DNA from: Hypanus sabinus
Taxonomy: Eukaryota
Assembly: GCF_030144855.1 (NCBI RefSeq)
Contig: NC_082716.1
Coordinates: forward strand, 24,056,001-24,120,000
Reading direction: 5' to 3'
Length of the DNA stretch: 64,000 nt
The notes beneath the pieces are model-generated. The model had not been told where the DNA came from. It made no database searches and saw only the letters and a list, made by a program, of their open reading frames with translations. Position 1 is the stretch's first letter. Each line of letters opens with the position of its first letter. Positions 11,802 through 24,272 of the stretch are shown here, piece after piece. Position numbers and translations under genes: made by a program.

Positions 11802-11887
11802 GAAGAAGGGTATTGTGAGATTCCCTTTTCCAGAAGCTCATCCTGCCCTTCATGACTGTGTTCCTTTGTCCTATGTTGTATTCCTAG
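11802..11887 (+). other. Candidate spliced exon, unidentified
   Basis: Acceptor TTCCTTTCTGAGATTCAG and a strong donor TAG|GTGAGT. One frame is open (KKGIVRFPFPEAHPALHDCVPLSYVVFL) and is not recognised. Confidence 0.15.
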
Positions 11888-11934
11888 GTGAGTGGCTGGC
11901 AAAGTACACAGGTCATGGGGCTATTGAGTTAACA

Positions 11935-12180
11935 CGGAACACAGGAACAGGTCCTTTGGCCTATGACATCTGTGACGAACCTGTTGCCAAATTAAGTTAA
12001 TCTGTTTGATTTGCAATCTGTATTCCTCCATTCCCTACACACTAATGTGCCTATTTAACAACCTCTTTTGTACCACTTATTTCCTTTTATCCTTGGCAGC
12101 ACATTCCAGACACCTAACAGCCTGTGTAAAACATATTGACCCACATATCTCCTTTAAACTTTCCCCTTCTCATCTTAATC
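11935..12180 (-). mobile_element. Old CR1 3' tail
   Basis: GGAACAGGTCCTTTGGCC...GGCAGCACATTCCAGACACCT...ATCTCCTTTAAACTTTCCCC. Confidence 0.65.
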
Positions 12181-12796
12181 AACATCTTGGATACAACACC
12201 GGCTCATGCCATCTGCAGAAGCTCTCTGATGACTCATTAATAGTTGGATGTATAAAGGGAGGATGAATACAGGGCCCTGGTGGAGGACTTAGTCAAATGG
12301 TGCAAGCTGAATCATCTGTAGCTCAACATCAGTAAGACAAAGGGGATGTTGATGGACTTTAGGAAGACTAAGCCTGTACTGCTCCCTGTTACTATTGATG
12401 GTGAGACATGGATGTGGTGAGAACCTGCAAGTACCTGGAGGTGTGCCTGGATGACAGATTTGAGTTTAGCACCAACACAGAGGCTGTGTACAAGAAGGGC
12501 CAGAGTCGCCTCTACTTTCTGAGGAGACTAAGGTCCTTTGGAGTATACAGGCCTCTCCTTCAATGTTCTACCCGTCTGTTTTAACCAGTACAATCTTCTA
12601 CGCGGTGGTGTGCAGGGGCAATGGCGTCAACACGGGTGATGCCAACGTGTTCAGTAAAGTGATGAGAAAGCCTGGCTCTGATATAGGAGTCAAACTGGGC
12701 ACACTGGAGGATGTGGTAGAGTAAAGAGACCCTTTGAAAAATCCTGTCAATTCTGGACAGTGTTCCTCACCCTCTGCATGCCAGCTTAGCTGAACA
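12181..12796 (+). mobile_element. Rex1/Babar-related LINE RT fragment (distinct subfamily)
   Basis: YNTGSCHLQKLSDDSLIVGCI, NISKTKGMLMDFR, KYLEV and KKGQSRLYFLRRLRSFGV. Confidence 0.8.
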
Positions 12797-13425
12797 AGTC
12801 AAGTCAAGTCACTTTTATTGTCACTTCGACCATAACTGCTGGTACAGTACATAGTAAAAATGAGACAATGTTTTTCAGGACCATGGTGTTACATGCCACA
12901 GTACAAAAACTGGACTGAACTATGTAAAAAAACAACACAGAGAAAGCTACACTAGACTACAGATCTACACAGGACTGCATAAAGTGCACAAAAACAGTGC
13001 AGGCATTACAATAAATATTAAACAGGACAATAGGGCAAGGTGTCAGTCCAGGCTCTGGGTATTGAGGAGTCCCATAGCTTGGGGGGAGAAACTATTACAC
13101 AGTCTGGTTGTGAGAGCCTGAATGCTTCGGACCCTTTTCCCAGATGGCAGGAGGGAGAAGAGATTGTATGACGGGTGCATGGGGTCCTTCATAATGTTGT
13201 TTCCTTTGTGGATGCAGCGTGTAGTGTAAATGTCCGTGATGGTGGGAAGAGAGACCCCGATGATCTCAGCTGACCTCACTATCCGCTGCAGGATCTTGCG
13301 ATCTGAGGTGGTGCAATTTCCGAACCAGGCAGTGATGCGGCTGCTCAGGATGCTCTCTGTACAACCCCTGTAGAATGTGATGAGGATGGGGGGTGGGAGA
13401 TGGATTTTCCTCAGCCTCCGCATGG
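12797..13425 (-). mobile_element. Rex1/Babar 3' end
   Basis: ORF 13043-13438 contains FYRGCTESILSSRITAWFGNC...HPSYNLFSLLPSGKR. The tail on the + strand is AAGTCAAGTCAAGTCACTTTTATT. Confidence 0.88.
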
Positions 13426-13429
13426 GAGA

Positions 13430-14250
13430 CCAATACAATGTATTGCAGGGATAGGAAGGCAGGCAGAGGGGGTGGCATGGCTCTTCTGGTAAAGAATAGC
13501 ATCAAATCATTGGAAAGATGTGACATAGGATTGGAAGATGTTGATTTCCCATGATTTGAGTTAGGAAACTGCAAGGGATAAAAGGACCATGATGGCAATT
13601 ATATACAGGCCTCCAAGCAGTAGGTGGGATGTGGACTATAGATTACAATGGGAAATGAAAAAGGCATCCCAAAAGGGCAACGTTATGATAGTCATGGGAG
13701 ATTTTAAATGTAGTTAGATTGAGAACATCAGGTTGGTAATGGATCCCAAGAGAGTGAGTTTGTTGAATACCTACAAGATGGCTTTTTGGAGCAGTTTGTT
13801 GTTGAGCCTACTAGAGGATCAGCTATACTGGATTTGGTGTTATGTAATAAATTGGAGACAATTAGGAAGCTTAAGGTAAAGAAACCCTTAAGAAGCAGTG
13901 ATCACGAATAATTGAATTCAACTTGAAATTTGACAGGGAGAAAGTAAAGTCTGACATGGCAGTATTTCAGTGCAGCAAAGGAAGTTAGTGGTATGAGAGA
14001 GGAGTTCGCCAAAATAAATTAGAATGTGTTGCTGGCAGGGATGACAGCAGAACAGCAAAGGCTTAAGTTCCTGGGAAAAGTGAGGAAGGTGCAGAATAGA
14101 TGCATTCCAAAATAAAAAAAAACTCAAATGGCAAAGTAGTACAACCTGACAGGGAAGTCAAAGCTAATGTAAAAGCAAAAGAGAGGGCATACAACAAAGC
14201 AAAAATTAGTGGGAAGATAAAGGAGTAGGAAACTTTTTAAATCACCACAG
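13430..14250 (+). mobile_element. CR1 ORF2 APE endonuclease fragment
   Basis: RDRKAGRGGGMAL, IYRPP, VMGDF, EPTRGSAILDLVLCN and SSDH remnants. Confidence 0.8.
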
Positions 14251-14284
14251 AAGATCAAGGACTCAAACAGTCCTTCTGAATGAA

Positions 14285-14880
14285 GAGTCAGTTCACTCAT
14301 TCTTCCTCCAATGCGAAGTGTTTAGTTCAGTGCCCTTATTGCGCTTTCCTCTGCACTCTACTTGTGGCTTCCTGCTTGGCTCTGATGAGGTCTGCTGTAA
14401 ACTTGCAACAGCATCTCACTTTCTGTCTGACACTGATGCAGTCTTTGGGTCTCAATATTGTATTCAACAATTCGGATAAGCTGCTTTTTTGAATATATCA
14501 GAACTGGCCAGTTGCACTGTAAGTTTATAGATCTTTAATATAGACATTTCCAGCAATTTCCTTCTGATTTTGAGTTCAACAATATCTCTAACCTGCATTT
14601 CACAACCTTTTTTATTACCTCTAACTACCTTTAGTATTCAATTATCCACATAAGTATGTAAACACTAGAATCATCTTAGCCCCCACAATATCTCCCTACC
14701 AGAGATATTTATTTCCTTTGTCCTATCCACTTTCTCCCATCCTCCCTCAAACTTGTTTTCTTACTTTCCCAAAAAATACTTTGACCTGAAACATGAACAC
14801 TGTTTGTCTTTCTGCAGAACCTATCTGACCTTTTGAGTATTTCGGGCCTTTATTGTTTTTATTTGTATTTTCCAGTCTCA
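14285..14880 (+). mobile_element. Old Penelope-like 3' end (GIY-YIG remnant plus terminal repeat)
   Basis: Diverged homologue of 48035-48712: CAGTTCACT...TTCCTCCAAT...GTTCAGTGC...ATAGACATTTCCAGCAATTTC...TGACCTGAAACATGAAC...TCTGACCTTTTGAGTATTTC. Confidence 0.55.
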
Positions 14881-17104
14881 ACATTGTTATTGATTTTGAT
14901 ATTACAATAGTTTGGGAGATAAATATCAGGTAGAAACTGTTCTAACTCTGTATATTAGTCTTAAGGAAACTGTTGACAAAAATATGGAAAAAAACCTCCT
15001 CTCTAATCTGCAGTATCTAAGAAAAAATAAATAATTCTGGGGAGCAGGAGGAAAATTGGATGTATTACACAGTCCTAAATTACGGCTTAAATTTGGCCTC
15101 TGAAGAACACTCACTTTGATTCACAATGAGTTGCATTTCTTTCATCCCCACGGCTATGCAAGATATTTTGAAACCAAAGCCAAGCTTTTGTCAGGAAATG
15201 CCATTAATTTGAAAATGATTTTGTACTCATCCACCCTTATGAGTGTTCCAAATATGCTGGGAATCCTTTTCCTGATTGTGTGACAATATTAGATTCCTAA
15301 TGGTTATCTCTGCACTGACAGTACAGTGTCAGTTTTGATGGCTTGATTAAACAATATATTTATTCACTGTACACTGCAATTCTTTGATGACATTAATTTT
15401 TAAGTAGAAGAAAGGAAAGTGTTAGGTGATAAAAGGGACCTTTGGGATGGTGGACAATTTGGCTTTGTTCCCAGACAGTAAGATCATATAAGCATCAGCA
15501 GTACCAGCACTCCCTAGCACCAACATATAGCCTTTTGCATAACCACTGTGATTATGATCTGTAGACTTCTGCAATCAGTCTTTCATATGAAATTCAGATA
15601 GAGCAGTTAACCTTTGAAGCAGTCTAATCAAAGCTTGCAATAAATGCATCTTGTGTACCGATTCATGTGTAAAACTGTGTCAGATATACTCTATATTAAA
15701 GTAAAATGTAAGATGAGCAGTATTAGATAATGATTTCAGCCAACTTCACAATTAACATGAAATCGCTGTATTTGTAAATCAAACCATGCTTTGAATTCGA
15801 GTCTCTATTGTCTTAAGAGAAGACCTGTGCATTATAATTAATATGAGATACATAAATGGTTGTGTTATAAATGGTATAATTAATTTCATTTCTGAAATTT
15901 CTTTCAAAAAGCATGGACATTATTTGTTATTTATGTAAACCTGCTTTGAAAAATGTGTCATAAAGCATAGATAAAAGCAGCATAATATTATTGAGTTAGG
16001 AAGAGCAAAAGCTAAGATGAAGCTTAATATGGTGGCAACAAGATTAATTTACTTATACAATCACTCCCTAATGAATTTTGCCACAATCACTTGACAAGTG
16101 AATAATTCCTAATCAACAGTTCACACATTTTTGTTTCCACATCCAAACTCGAGGTATTATTGCCAGAACTTCATCAAATTGGTCATTCAGCTGTTGTCAA
16201 TGTTTTAGCTACTTGCAGCAGGCTGGGGTGTCTTGAATTATTGTTTGTGTCTAACAGTCCAATCAGATGAAGGGATCTCCTTCAGTACTTTCACTCATTT
16301 CTATATCTGGGACTGTTTTTGCACAATGTTTCTGTTATTCAGGATGAGGGAGCTTTATCCAGAAAGAAGTTTAAGTTTTACTATGGGCAGTCAAAACAGA
16401 AATTGTCATATTGCATCAAAATGCAAGAAAATTTAATGAAAGTGTGAAAATAAGAGAAAACTAAGGCAATTGACTGTAAGGCTACTAACCTAACTGGACA
16501 CTATACAGTCAATTAACTCTCTTACATTCAACGCTTAGTCTCAATAATCATATTCGATCAATGCTGGACAAATAATTTGACAATATGGTTGGAAAAGCTG
16601 GTATGAGAATTTTCAAACAAGTAGAATATAGAACAGAACAACACAGTGTGTACTGTTCTATGTTCGACTATGTAAACATACTCCATGATCAATTTAGCAT
16701 CTCCCTCCTACAGTGCCCATAACGCTCCTATTTTCTCATATCCATGTGCCTATCTAAGAGTATTTTAAAAGTATCTTTTCAATGAGCCTCTATCACTCCT
16801 AACATAATGCTTTTTATGCTCTATGTGATTAAAAAATATCCACCTCTAATATCTTCTCTAAAATTTCCTCCATTCACCTTAAGTGGATGTTCTCTGGTAC
16901 TGGCCATTGCCGCCCGGGGATATCCACTCTTTCTCTGCCTCTCGTAATCATATATGCCTCTATCAAGTCACATCTCATCCTCTGTTGTTCCAAAACAAAA
17001 ATCCCTAGCTCACTCCACCTGTGCCCATAAGGCATTTTCTCTAACCTAGGTTGCATCCAGATAAACTTCTGTGCTCTCTCTAAAGCTTTCGCATCCATTC
17101 AAAG

Positions 17105-17880
17105 ATCATAGTTCAAAGTGAAATTGTTATCAAAGCACATACAGTATACTTATGTCACCATATACAACCCTGAGATTTATTTTCTTACAGGCACACTCAA
17201 TAAATTCAATAACCCTAATAGAATCAATGAAAGACTGAACCAGCTGGGCGTACAACCAGTGTGCAAAAGGCAACAAACTGTGCAAATACAAAAAGAAAGA
17301 AATAATAATAATTAGAACCAGGTTTAATATCATCGGCATTTGTCGTGAAATTTGTTGTCTTTGTGGTAGCAGTACAATGCAATACATAATAATAGAAAAG
17401 CAAAGCATGTATTACAATATCTACATAGAGTATATATGCAAGTAAATTTAATGAGAGTATGAAAATAAGAGAAAACAATTGACTGTAAGACTGCTAACCT
17501 AACTGGACACTACACAATCTGTAAGCAAGTAGCACCAAAGTGAAAATAAGAAAGTAGTCCATGGGTTCAGTGTCCATTTAGAAATTGGATGGCAGAGCAG
17601 CTCCTGAATCATTGAATATGTGCTGTCACACTTCTGTAGCTCCTTCCTGATGGTAGCAATTGAGAACAAGGCATAGTCTGGGTGATGAGGCTCCTTAATG
17701 AAGGATGCAGTCTTTTTGAGGCATTGCTCATTGAAGATGTCCTGGATACTACAGAATCAATGCCCACGATGGAGCTGACTAAGCTTACAATTACTTTAAT
17801 AAATAAATTAGCAATAAATATTGACAACATGAGATGAAGAGTTCTTGAAAGTAAGTCCATGGGTTGTGGGAATATTTCAC
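17105..17880 (-). mobile_element. Two nested Rex1 3' ends
   Basis: Tails on the + strand are TTCAAAGTGAAATTGTTATCAAAG and AGAACCAGGTTTAATATCATCGGCAT. The coding remnant is QLLPSGRSYRS. Confidence 0.75.
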
Positions 17881-18542
17881 TTGCCCTATCACTGAGATGC
17901 TCTGAAACGAGATGGCCTGAACAGAAGACAGTACTCTAAGTGTGGTATAATCAGTTTTATAGAGCTGCAACATAACCTCAGTCTCCCAACTAATGAAGGT
18001 CAGTACTTCTTAACCACCCTATTAATTTGCATGGCATCTTCAGGATATCTTTGGACTTGGACTCTAAGATCCCTATATTCCTCCAAAATCTTAAGAATAC
18101 TGCCATTGACATTGTACTCCACCTTCATGTTCGCCCTTCCAAAGTGAGTCACTTCATACCTCCAGACAGTACTCCATCTGCCACTTCTCAACCCAGCTCT
18201 GCATCCTATCAATGTCCCACTGTAACATCTGACAACCTCTACACTATCCACAACACCCTCAACCTTTGTGCCATCTATAAACTTACTACCCCACCCCTCC
18301 ACTTTCTCAGCCACGTTATTGGGAAAAAATGACTAATAGCCATATTCAGAAAGAGCCAATCCCTATGGAACACCACTAGTCACATACATGTATCTCCAGG
18401 CAGGATATGCTCCATCTGCTACTACCCTTTGCCTTCTGTGGGCAATCTAATGCTGAATCAATAGAGCCAAGTCCCTATAGATCCCACGCTTCATGATTTT
18501 ATGGACAACCCTACTATGAAGAACCTTGACAAGCACCTTACT

Positions 18543-18765
18543 AGGTGTAAGGGTGTAGGAGGGAAAACAGTAAAAGCAGAAAGAAGCGAGTCGCAAATAC
18601 TAGAAATCGGGGGAGTGCAGCTTCCAGTGTATTTCTGGGTATGTCCAAATAATGAGGGCACGATCCTTGGCATAGACATCCTAAGGGAAGCAGGGGCTGT
18701 ACAGATTCGGGAAAGGGAGAAATAATAAGGACGAGTCAAGGGCAGTGAACATGTACAACAAACAG
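18543..18765 (+). pseudogene. Orphan retroviral/LTR-element aspartic protease C-terminal fragment
   Basis: The peptide is CKGVGGKTVKA...LEIGGVQLPVYFWVCPNNEGTILGIDILREAGAV. It has the retropepsin flap G-V-G-G and the ILG-x-D motif at the expected spacing. The catalytic DTG half is absent. Confidence 0.75.
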
Positions 18766-19349
18766 AATACATTCATTGCTCCACTTCCATCAATTTGCTC
18801 GAAGTACTCAGTCTAGCTCTGAGACACAACCTATCCTTTGCAATGACAGGTTGGCTATCCTTAATGAGGCTGTGCTCTCCAAATGCTCATAATTGATATC
18901 CCTAACAATCCTCTCCAATAGTTTGCCCACCACTAATATAAGACTCACTGATCTCTCGGTTCTTGGGCTGATAGGTTCCTGATTAGTAAAAGCATTGTAA
19001 GTTGCAGGGAGAAGTCAGGAGGTTGAGGATGAGAGGGGAAATTAATCAGCTGTGATTGAACAGTCTAATTCTACTCCTATGTTTTATGGTCCTATGATCT
19101 GTAATTTTCAGGATTATCCCTATTAGCTTTTTTGAACGAGTAAATAATATTTGCCATCCTCCAGCCTTCTGGTACCAATCCTATAGCTTGGAGGGATCCA
19201 AATATCTTTTTCAACACTCCTGCGATCTCTTCGCTCACTTCCCATAGTAACCTGAGATAGCCCATCTGGCCATTGGACTTATCTGTCTCAAAGTTTTTCC
19301 AGAAGTATCATTCTTAATCTCAACATATTTCAGTACATTAGCCTGTTTG

Positions 19350-21232
19350 TGTTTGAAAACATGGACTGGAGAATGGTCAGCAAGGCTGATACCTATGGCA
19401 ATCACGTAATCATCAAGGAATGTGTGGTTTCTGTGACCAGCTAATAGAGAAGTGTGCTGAGGATGTTACCATCATGAAACAGATCTAGGTGAGGGCAACC
19501 AGAAGCCATGGCTTACTGCACTGCTGAGGGATCATGATCAGGGGACGTGATAGCTCTCAGAGAAGCAGGAACTGTGCTTCCCACCTCCATCAGGAGGCAA
19601 AATGGGAGCATTTTCAGAGAGGTGCATGTCGCAGTGAGTTCAGAAGACTACAAGTCTACCCTGCGCGTCAATGACCAAGTTGCTTCACTCCCAGCAGCTG
19701 AGTGTCTTTTACGCTCAGTTTGGTGCGTGTACGTGCTGGCAAGAAAGGCACTCCTCCCCCACCCCGGAGGAGCAGACTCTCTGTCTGGCTGAAGCTGAGG
19801 TGAGGAAGACACCAGCCATGTCAACTCATGCAGAACTGCGGGACACAGTAATATACCAGGTTGGGATCGGAAAGACTGTTCAGCCCAGTTAACTGAGGTG
19901 GCATTAACGTCAACCATTATGAAATGCTTTGAGCAGCTGGTCATGGAGCACATTAAAGCCTTACTCCCAACCACATTGGACCCTTTCCAGTCCACTTATT
20001 GTTCGAATCGATCCATTGACGATGCAATAGCCTCTGCCATCCACTTCTGTCCTGTCCCACATGGAAAATGGGATTTGAAATGCTAAGCTGCAGTTTACAG
20101 ACTTCAGTCCAGCATTTAACACCATCATACTGCATAAACTGATGGGGAAACTGTCCTCATTGGGTGTCAGCATGTCCCTCTTTAATTGGATCCTGGACTT
20201 CTTAACAGAAAGGCCACAGTCAGTCCATGGGGCAACAATATCTCTAGCCCCATTACATTAAGTGCTGACAATTGCCAGGGCTGTGTGCTCAGCCCGCTGC
20301 TGCTCACGCTGCTAATGTATGACTGTATCTCAGGAATTAGCTCAAACTGGTGTCATAAAGTTTGCAGATGACGCTTTAGCGGTTGGCCTCATCAACAAAA
20401 ATGATGAAGCGGAGTACAGAGAGGAAGTGGAGTGGATGTGGACTGGTGTGAGAACTTGGAGAAGACCAGGAAAACCATTGTGGATTTTAGAAAGGTGCAG
20501 ATGAACCATTTTCCCAATGCAAAAACATGGCTCCTCTGTAAAGAGAGTTAAGTGCACCAAGTTCCTGTGAGTTCGCATCACGGATGGTCTCACCTAGCCC
20601 CTCAACATCACCTCCCTGAACTGGAAGCTACAGCAGTGCCTCCAGTTCCTGAAGAGATTGAGGCATGTAAAACTCCCCTCCCTCCCCCATCTTAAATGAA
20701 TTTTATAGGAGCACCATTGAGAGTGTCCTGACAAGTTACATCTCCATCTGGTATGGGAGCAGCCAAGCATCAGACTGGAAATCCCTACAAAAGGCTGAGA
20801 GGATCATAGGGAGTCTCCCTGCTATCCATCAGGAACATTTTTCAGTCAGGGGTGCTGCGCACGCAGGGCCCTTAGTGTTATCCAGAATCCCACCCATCCA
20901 TCCAGCATCCTCTTTGACTTTCTACCATCAGGCAGGCATGGTCAGGATGGAAAACAGATTCTTCCCTCAGGCCATTAGGCTTCTGAACTCCCTGCAACAT
21001 CACATTCAAAGTGTCACTGGTAAATCTGTTCAGTACCATAAAATATTTAATTTGTTCACTTTGTTCATTTATGTGTAATTCATCTGTAGATTTTATCCTT
21101 ACTTTGCCAAGTTATTATGTGTTATATGTGTCTTATGTGTACTATAGTACTTTACACCCCAGAGCAGAGAAACATTGTCTCATTTAACTATATACATGCA
21201 TATAGTTAAATGACAATAAACTTGACTTGACT
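19350..21232 (+). mobile_element. Rex1/Babar LINE, degenerate
   Basis: [35 protein letters not shown] and ENRFFPQAIRLLN. The tail is AATAAACTTGACTTGACT. Confidence 0.85.
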
Positions 21233-22039
21233 GTTCTATGCTGACTTCACATTGATCAAGCTCCCTCTCCCTACTGAACATTGAAGCAAACATTCATTAC
21301 AGACCTTTCCTACCTCCTCCACCTCCTGACCGATCCAATCTTCACTCTGGTCATCCCCCTGTTCTTCATATGTGTGTATAACATCTTGGTGTTTTTCTAA
21401 ATCCTACTTATCAAGACCTTCTCATATCCCCTTTGAGCTCTCCTAACTCTCTTCTTAAGTTCCTTCCTGTCCGCCTTCTAACTCTCAAGAGCTCTGTCTG
21501 ATTTTAGCTTCCTAAACCTTAAGTATGCTTCTTTCTTCCTTGACTAAATGCTCTATCTCAAGGATGATTCCTTCATCCTACCATCTTTTCCCTGTCACAT
21601 TAGCAGTGTCAGTGTCCCAGAAAAGCATATCATGGTAGCACAAAATAGCTTTACTTGCACTTGGCATGTTACAGCACAAATCTGTACTCGGCGCGATTTC
21701 AAAGCAAACAGATCAGTGGACTTAGGCTTGGAATGAGTATTGCACATTACATCTATTCACACAAAATAAAACAAATGTGAATGAAGTGCTTTGTTGGCAT
21801 TTTTATTTGCTGTGGTGGCTTATCATCTTACACTTCTTTCACTGAGTTGTCCCTAGATCTCTTTGCTTTCCTATTTTATACCTTTTACTTTCTGAGTTGC
21901 AGTTGACTTTTTTTGTATTTCTTATAAAGAATTAAATGATTTAAGTTTGTTACAGTTCATTTGATTTTTGACTGCTCAGAGTAACGGTTTTATAATGGAG
22001 TAGAAACTGCTGAATACTTAAACAGGGGCCACTGCAATT

Positions 22040-22132
22040 GTGGGTGGTGGTGGGTGTGTGCGTGTGTGTGTGTGGGTGTGTGCGTGTGCGCACGCCTCTC
22101 TTTGGAAACTATATATATATATATATATATAT
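22040..22132. repeat. Compound microsatellite (GT/GC)n then (TA)n
   Basis: Visible directly in the sequence. Confidence 0.9.
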
Positions 22133-22230
22133 TCTATCAATGAATAACAATTCTTTAGCAATATAGATGAGATATCAAGAAAGAACTGGGCAGGAATTAA
22201 AGTAAAGTGGTTTCAGTTTCTCATAGCAGT

Positions 22231-22530
22231 TATTCTGGTGGACCAATTGAATTGGGAGCAAGAGAAGGCAGCTCATAGGACTGGGAGTGATATTTTGAAA
22301 CAAGCTTTTGTGAGCTTTCAGCATTTTTCCAGCAGCCCAATCGAATCAAGAGTGAGAAAGGAGGCAACCCACTGGTCCATTAGTGAGATTTAACAAGGAG
22401 AGTTTGCAGACTCTTGATGTTTTCTGGCAGCCGAATTGAATCGGAGCAAGACAGGAGGCAACTCATAGGTCTGCAAGTGAGATTTAAAAATGAGAGTTCA
22501 CAAGCATCTGGCATTTTCGGACAATACAAT
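22231..22530 (+). repeat. About 94-bp tandem array (about 3.2 units) upstream of CR1 ORF1
   Basis: Units begin near 22231, 22325, 22420 and 22514 and share TTTTC...CAATYGAAT...GAG...AGGCARC...AGTGAGATTT. Confidence 0.8.
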
Positions 22531-23789
22531 CAAATATCAATTCATTAGCAAGGGAAATAAAAAGCAGGTAAGGACAGGTGAAGCAGCCATTGTGTGAGTG
22601 GATCAGTGTCAGAGTGAGGAGGGTTAGGCTCATCAAGCTTCAGCAAGGACAGGTTTGGGGGAATTAAGATCTGGTCATTTTCTTTTTCATTCGTCATTCC
22701 TTGTCTGTTAGTACATTGTTACAGCAGTGAAAAAGATATGTTCTTTGTATGAGATGTAGGAATTCTGGGAGACCTCCCAGATAACCACATCTACAACAGC
22801 TGCAGCTCCTCAGGGAGATGTGTTAAGGAATGAAGCTGCAGTCTGAAGATTATTCAGCTCTTATGGGAAACTGAGGAGTTAATAGAAGGGAGCTACAGGG
22901 AGATAGTCACCCATAAGTTATAGGAATCATGTACCTGGGTGACTGGCCAGGAGAGGGAAAGGAAGTGGGCAGTGAGTACAAAGGAACCCTGTGGCCGTCC
23001 CCCTCAATAATAAGTATATGGTTTTGAATACTGTTGGGGAGAGCTCTGCTGGGAGAAGCCACAGTAACAAGATCTCTGGCACTGAGTCTGGCGCTGTGGC
23101 TCAGAGGGAAGTGGGGAGAAGAGGGAGAGCAGTAGTGATAGGGATTCCATAATTAGAGGAGTAGGCAAGAGATTATTTAGACATGATAGAGACACCCGGA
23201 TCGTATTTTGCTTCCCACACACCAGGGTCAGAGACATCTTGGATGGGGTCCACAGCATTCTAAATGGGGAGAGTTAGCAGCCAGAAGTCTTGGTACATAT
23301 TGGCACCAGTGACATAGATAGGAGATTGCGGAAGTCCTGAAGAGAGAATTTTGGGAGCTTGGTAGAAAGCTGAAAAAACGGGACCTTGAAGGCATCCATC
23401 TCCAGTTTGCTCCCCGTGCCACACGCCAGTGAGAGTAAGAATAGGGTGATTTGGTAAATGAGGGTGTGGCTGAGGAACTGATGCAGAGGGCAGGATTTCA
23501 AATTTCTGAAACATTGGGATCTCTTCTGGGGAAGGTATGACCTGTACAAAATGAATCTGAGAGGTATCAATATCCTTGTGGGCAGGTTTGCAAGATCTTT
23601 TTTGGAGGGTTTAAAACAATTTGGGTGGGGATGCGAAACTGAGTGACAGGACTGAGGATGGGGCACTTGAGGAGGCAGTGTATACCGAGACAGTCAGGAA
23701 GGACAGGTAGATGACAGGGTGAAATTGCAGACAATCGGATGTGTTGAAATGTACCGGGAGGACACAGTGAAAAAGGGTGATGAATCTGG

Positions 23790-24272
23790 AGTATTGCATA
23801 GAGTTCTGAGTGCCCCACCAGAGGAAGGATGTTGAGGCTTTGGAGAGGGAGCAGAAGAGGTTAAGAGGGCTCATGCTATCACAAGAAGCTGGATAAACTT
23901 GGGTTGCTTTCTTTGGACTGTCGGAGGTAAAGGAGAGATCCGATAGAGATTTCGAAGATTATGAGAGGCATAGATAGAAGGGACGGGCAGTACAGTATCT
24001 GTTTCCCAGGGTTGAAATAGCTAATATCAGGGGGCATACATTGAAAGTGAGAGGGGGACTGTTCAAGAGGGATATGAGGGGTAGGTTTTATACACAGAGA
24101 GCAGTGGATGCCTGGAATATGCTATCTGGTATGGTTGTAGACACAAACTCTTTAGAGGCTTTTAAGAATTGCTTGGACAGGCATGTGATGTAGGGAAGGT
24201 AGAGGGATAGGGATGAGGTGTCCGTAGGAATTGCTTGGATAGCTTATTCCTGTTTTGTACTCTTCTATCTAT
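23790..24272 (+). mobile_element. CR1 3' end nested at the ORF1/ORF2 junction of the larger CR1
   Basis: LEYCIEF...KDVEALEREQKR remnant and terminal TTCCTGTTTTGTACTCTTCTATCTATCT. Confidence 0.75.

Larger units (their letters stand above)
16620..21600 (-). mobile_element. Long CR1 LINE (3' end at left) broken by several nested insertions
   Basis: The collinear CR1 pieces are 16620-17100 (ALERAQ...LEQQRMRCDLIEAY), 17880-18542 (SKFIDGTKVEG), 18770-19345 and 21233-21600. They are separated by Rex1 tails, a retropepsin fragment, a CR1 tail (about 18955-19100, +) and a Rex1. Confidence 0.75.

Noticed and set aside
22231-22530. CRISPR-like repeat array
   Set aside because: The units are contiguous diverged monomers without unique spacers, in a eukaryotic context with no cas genes.
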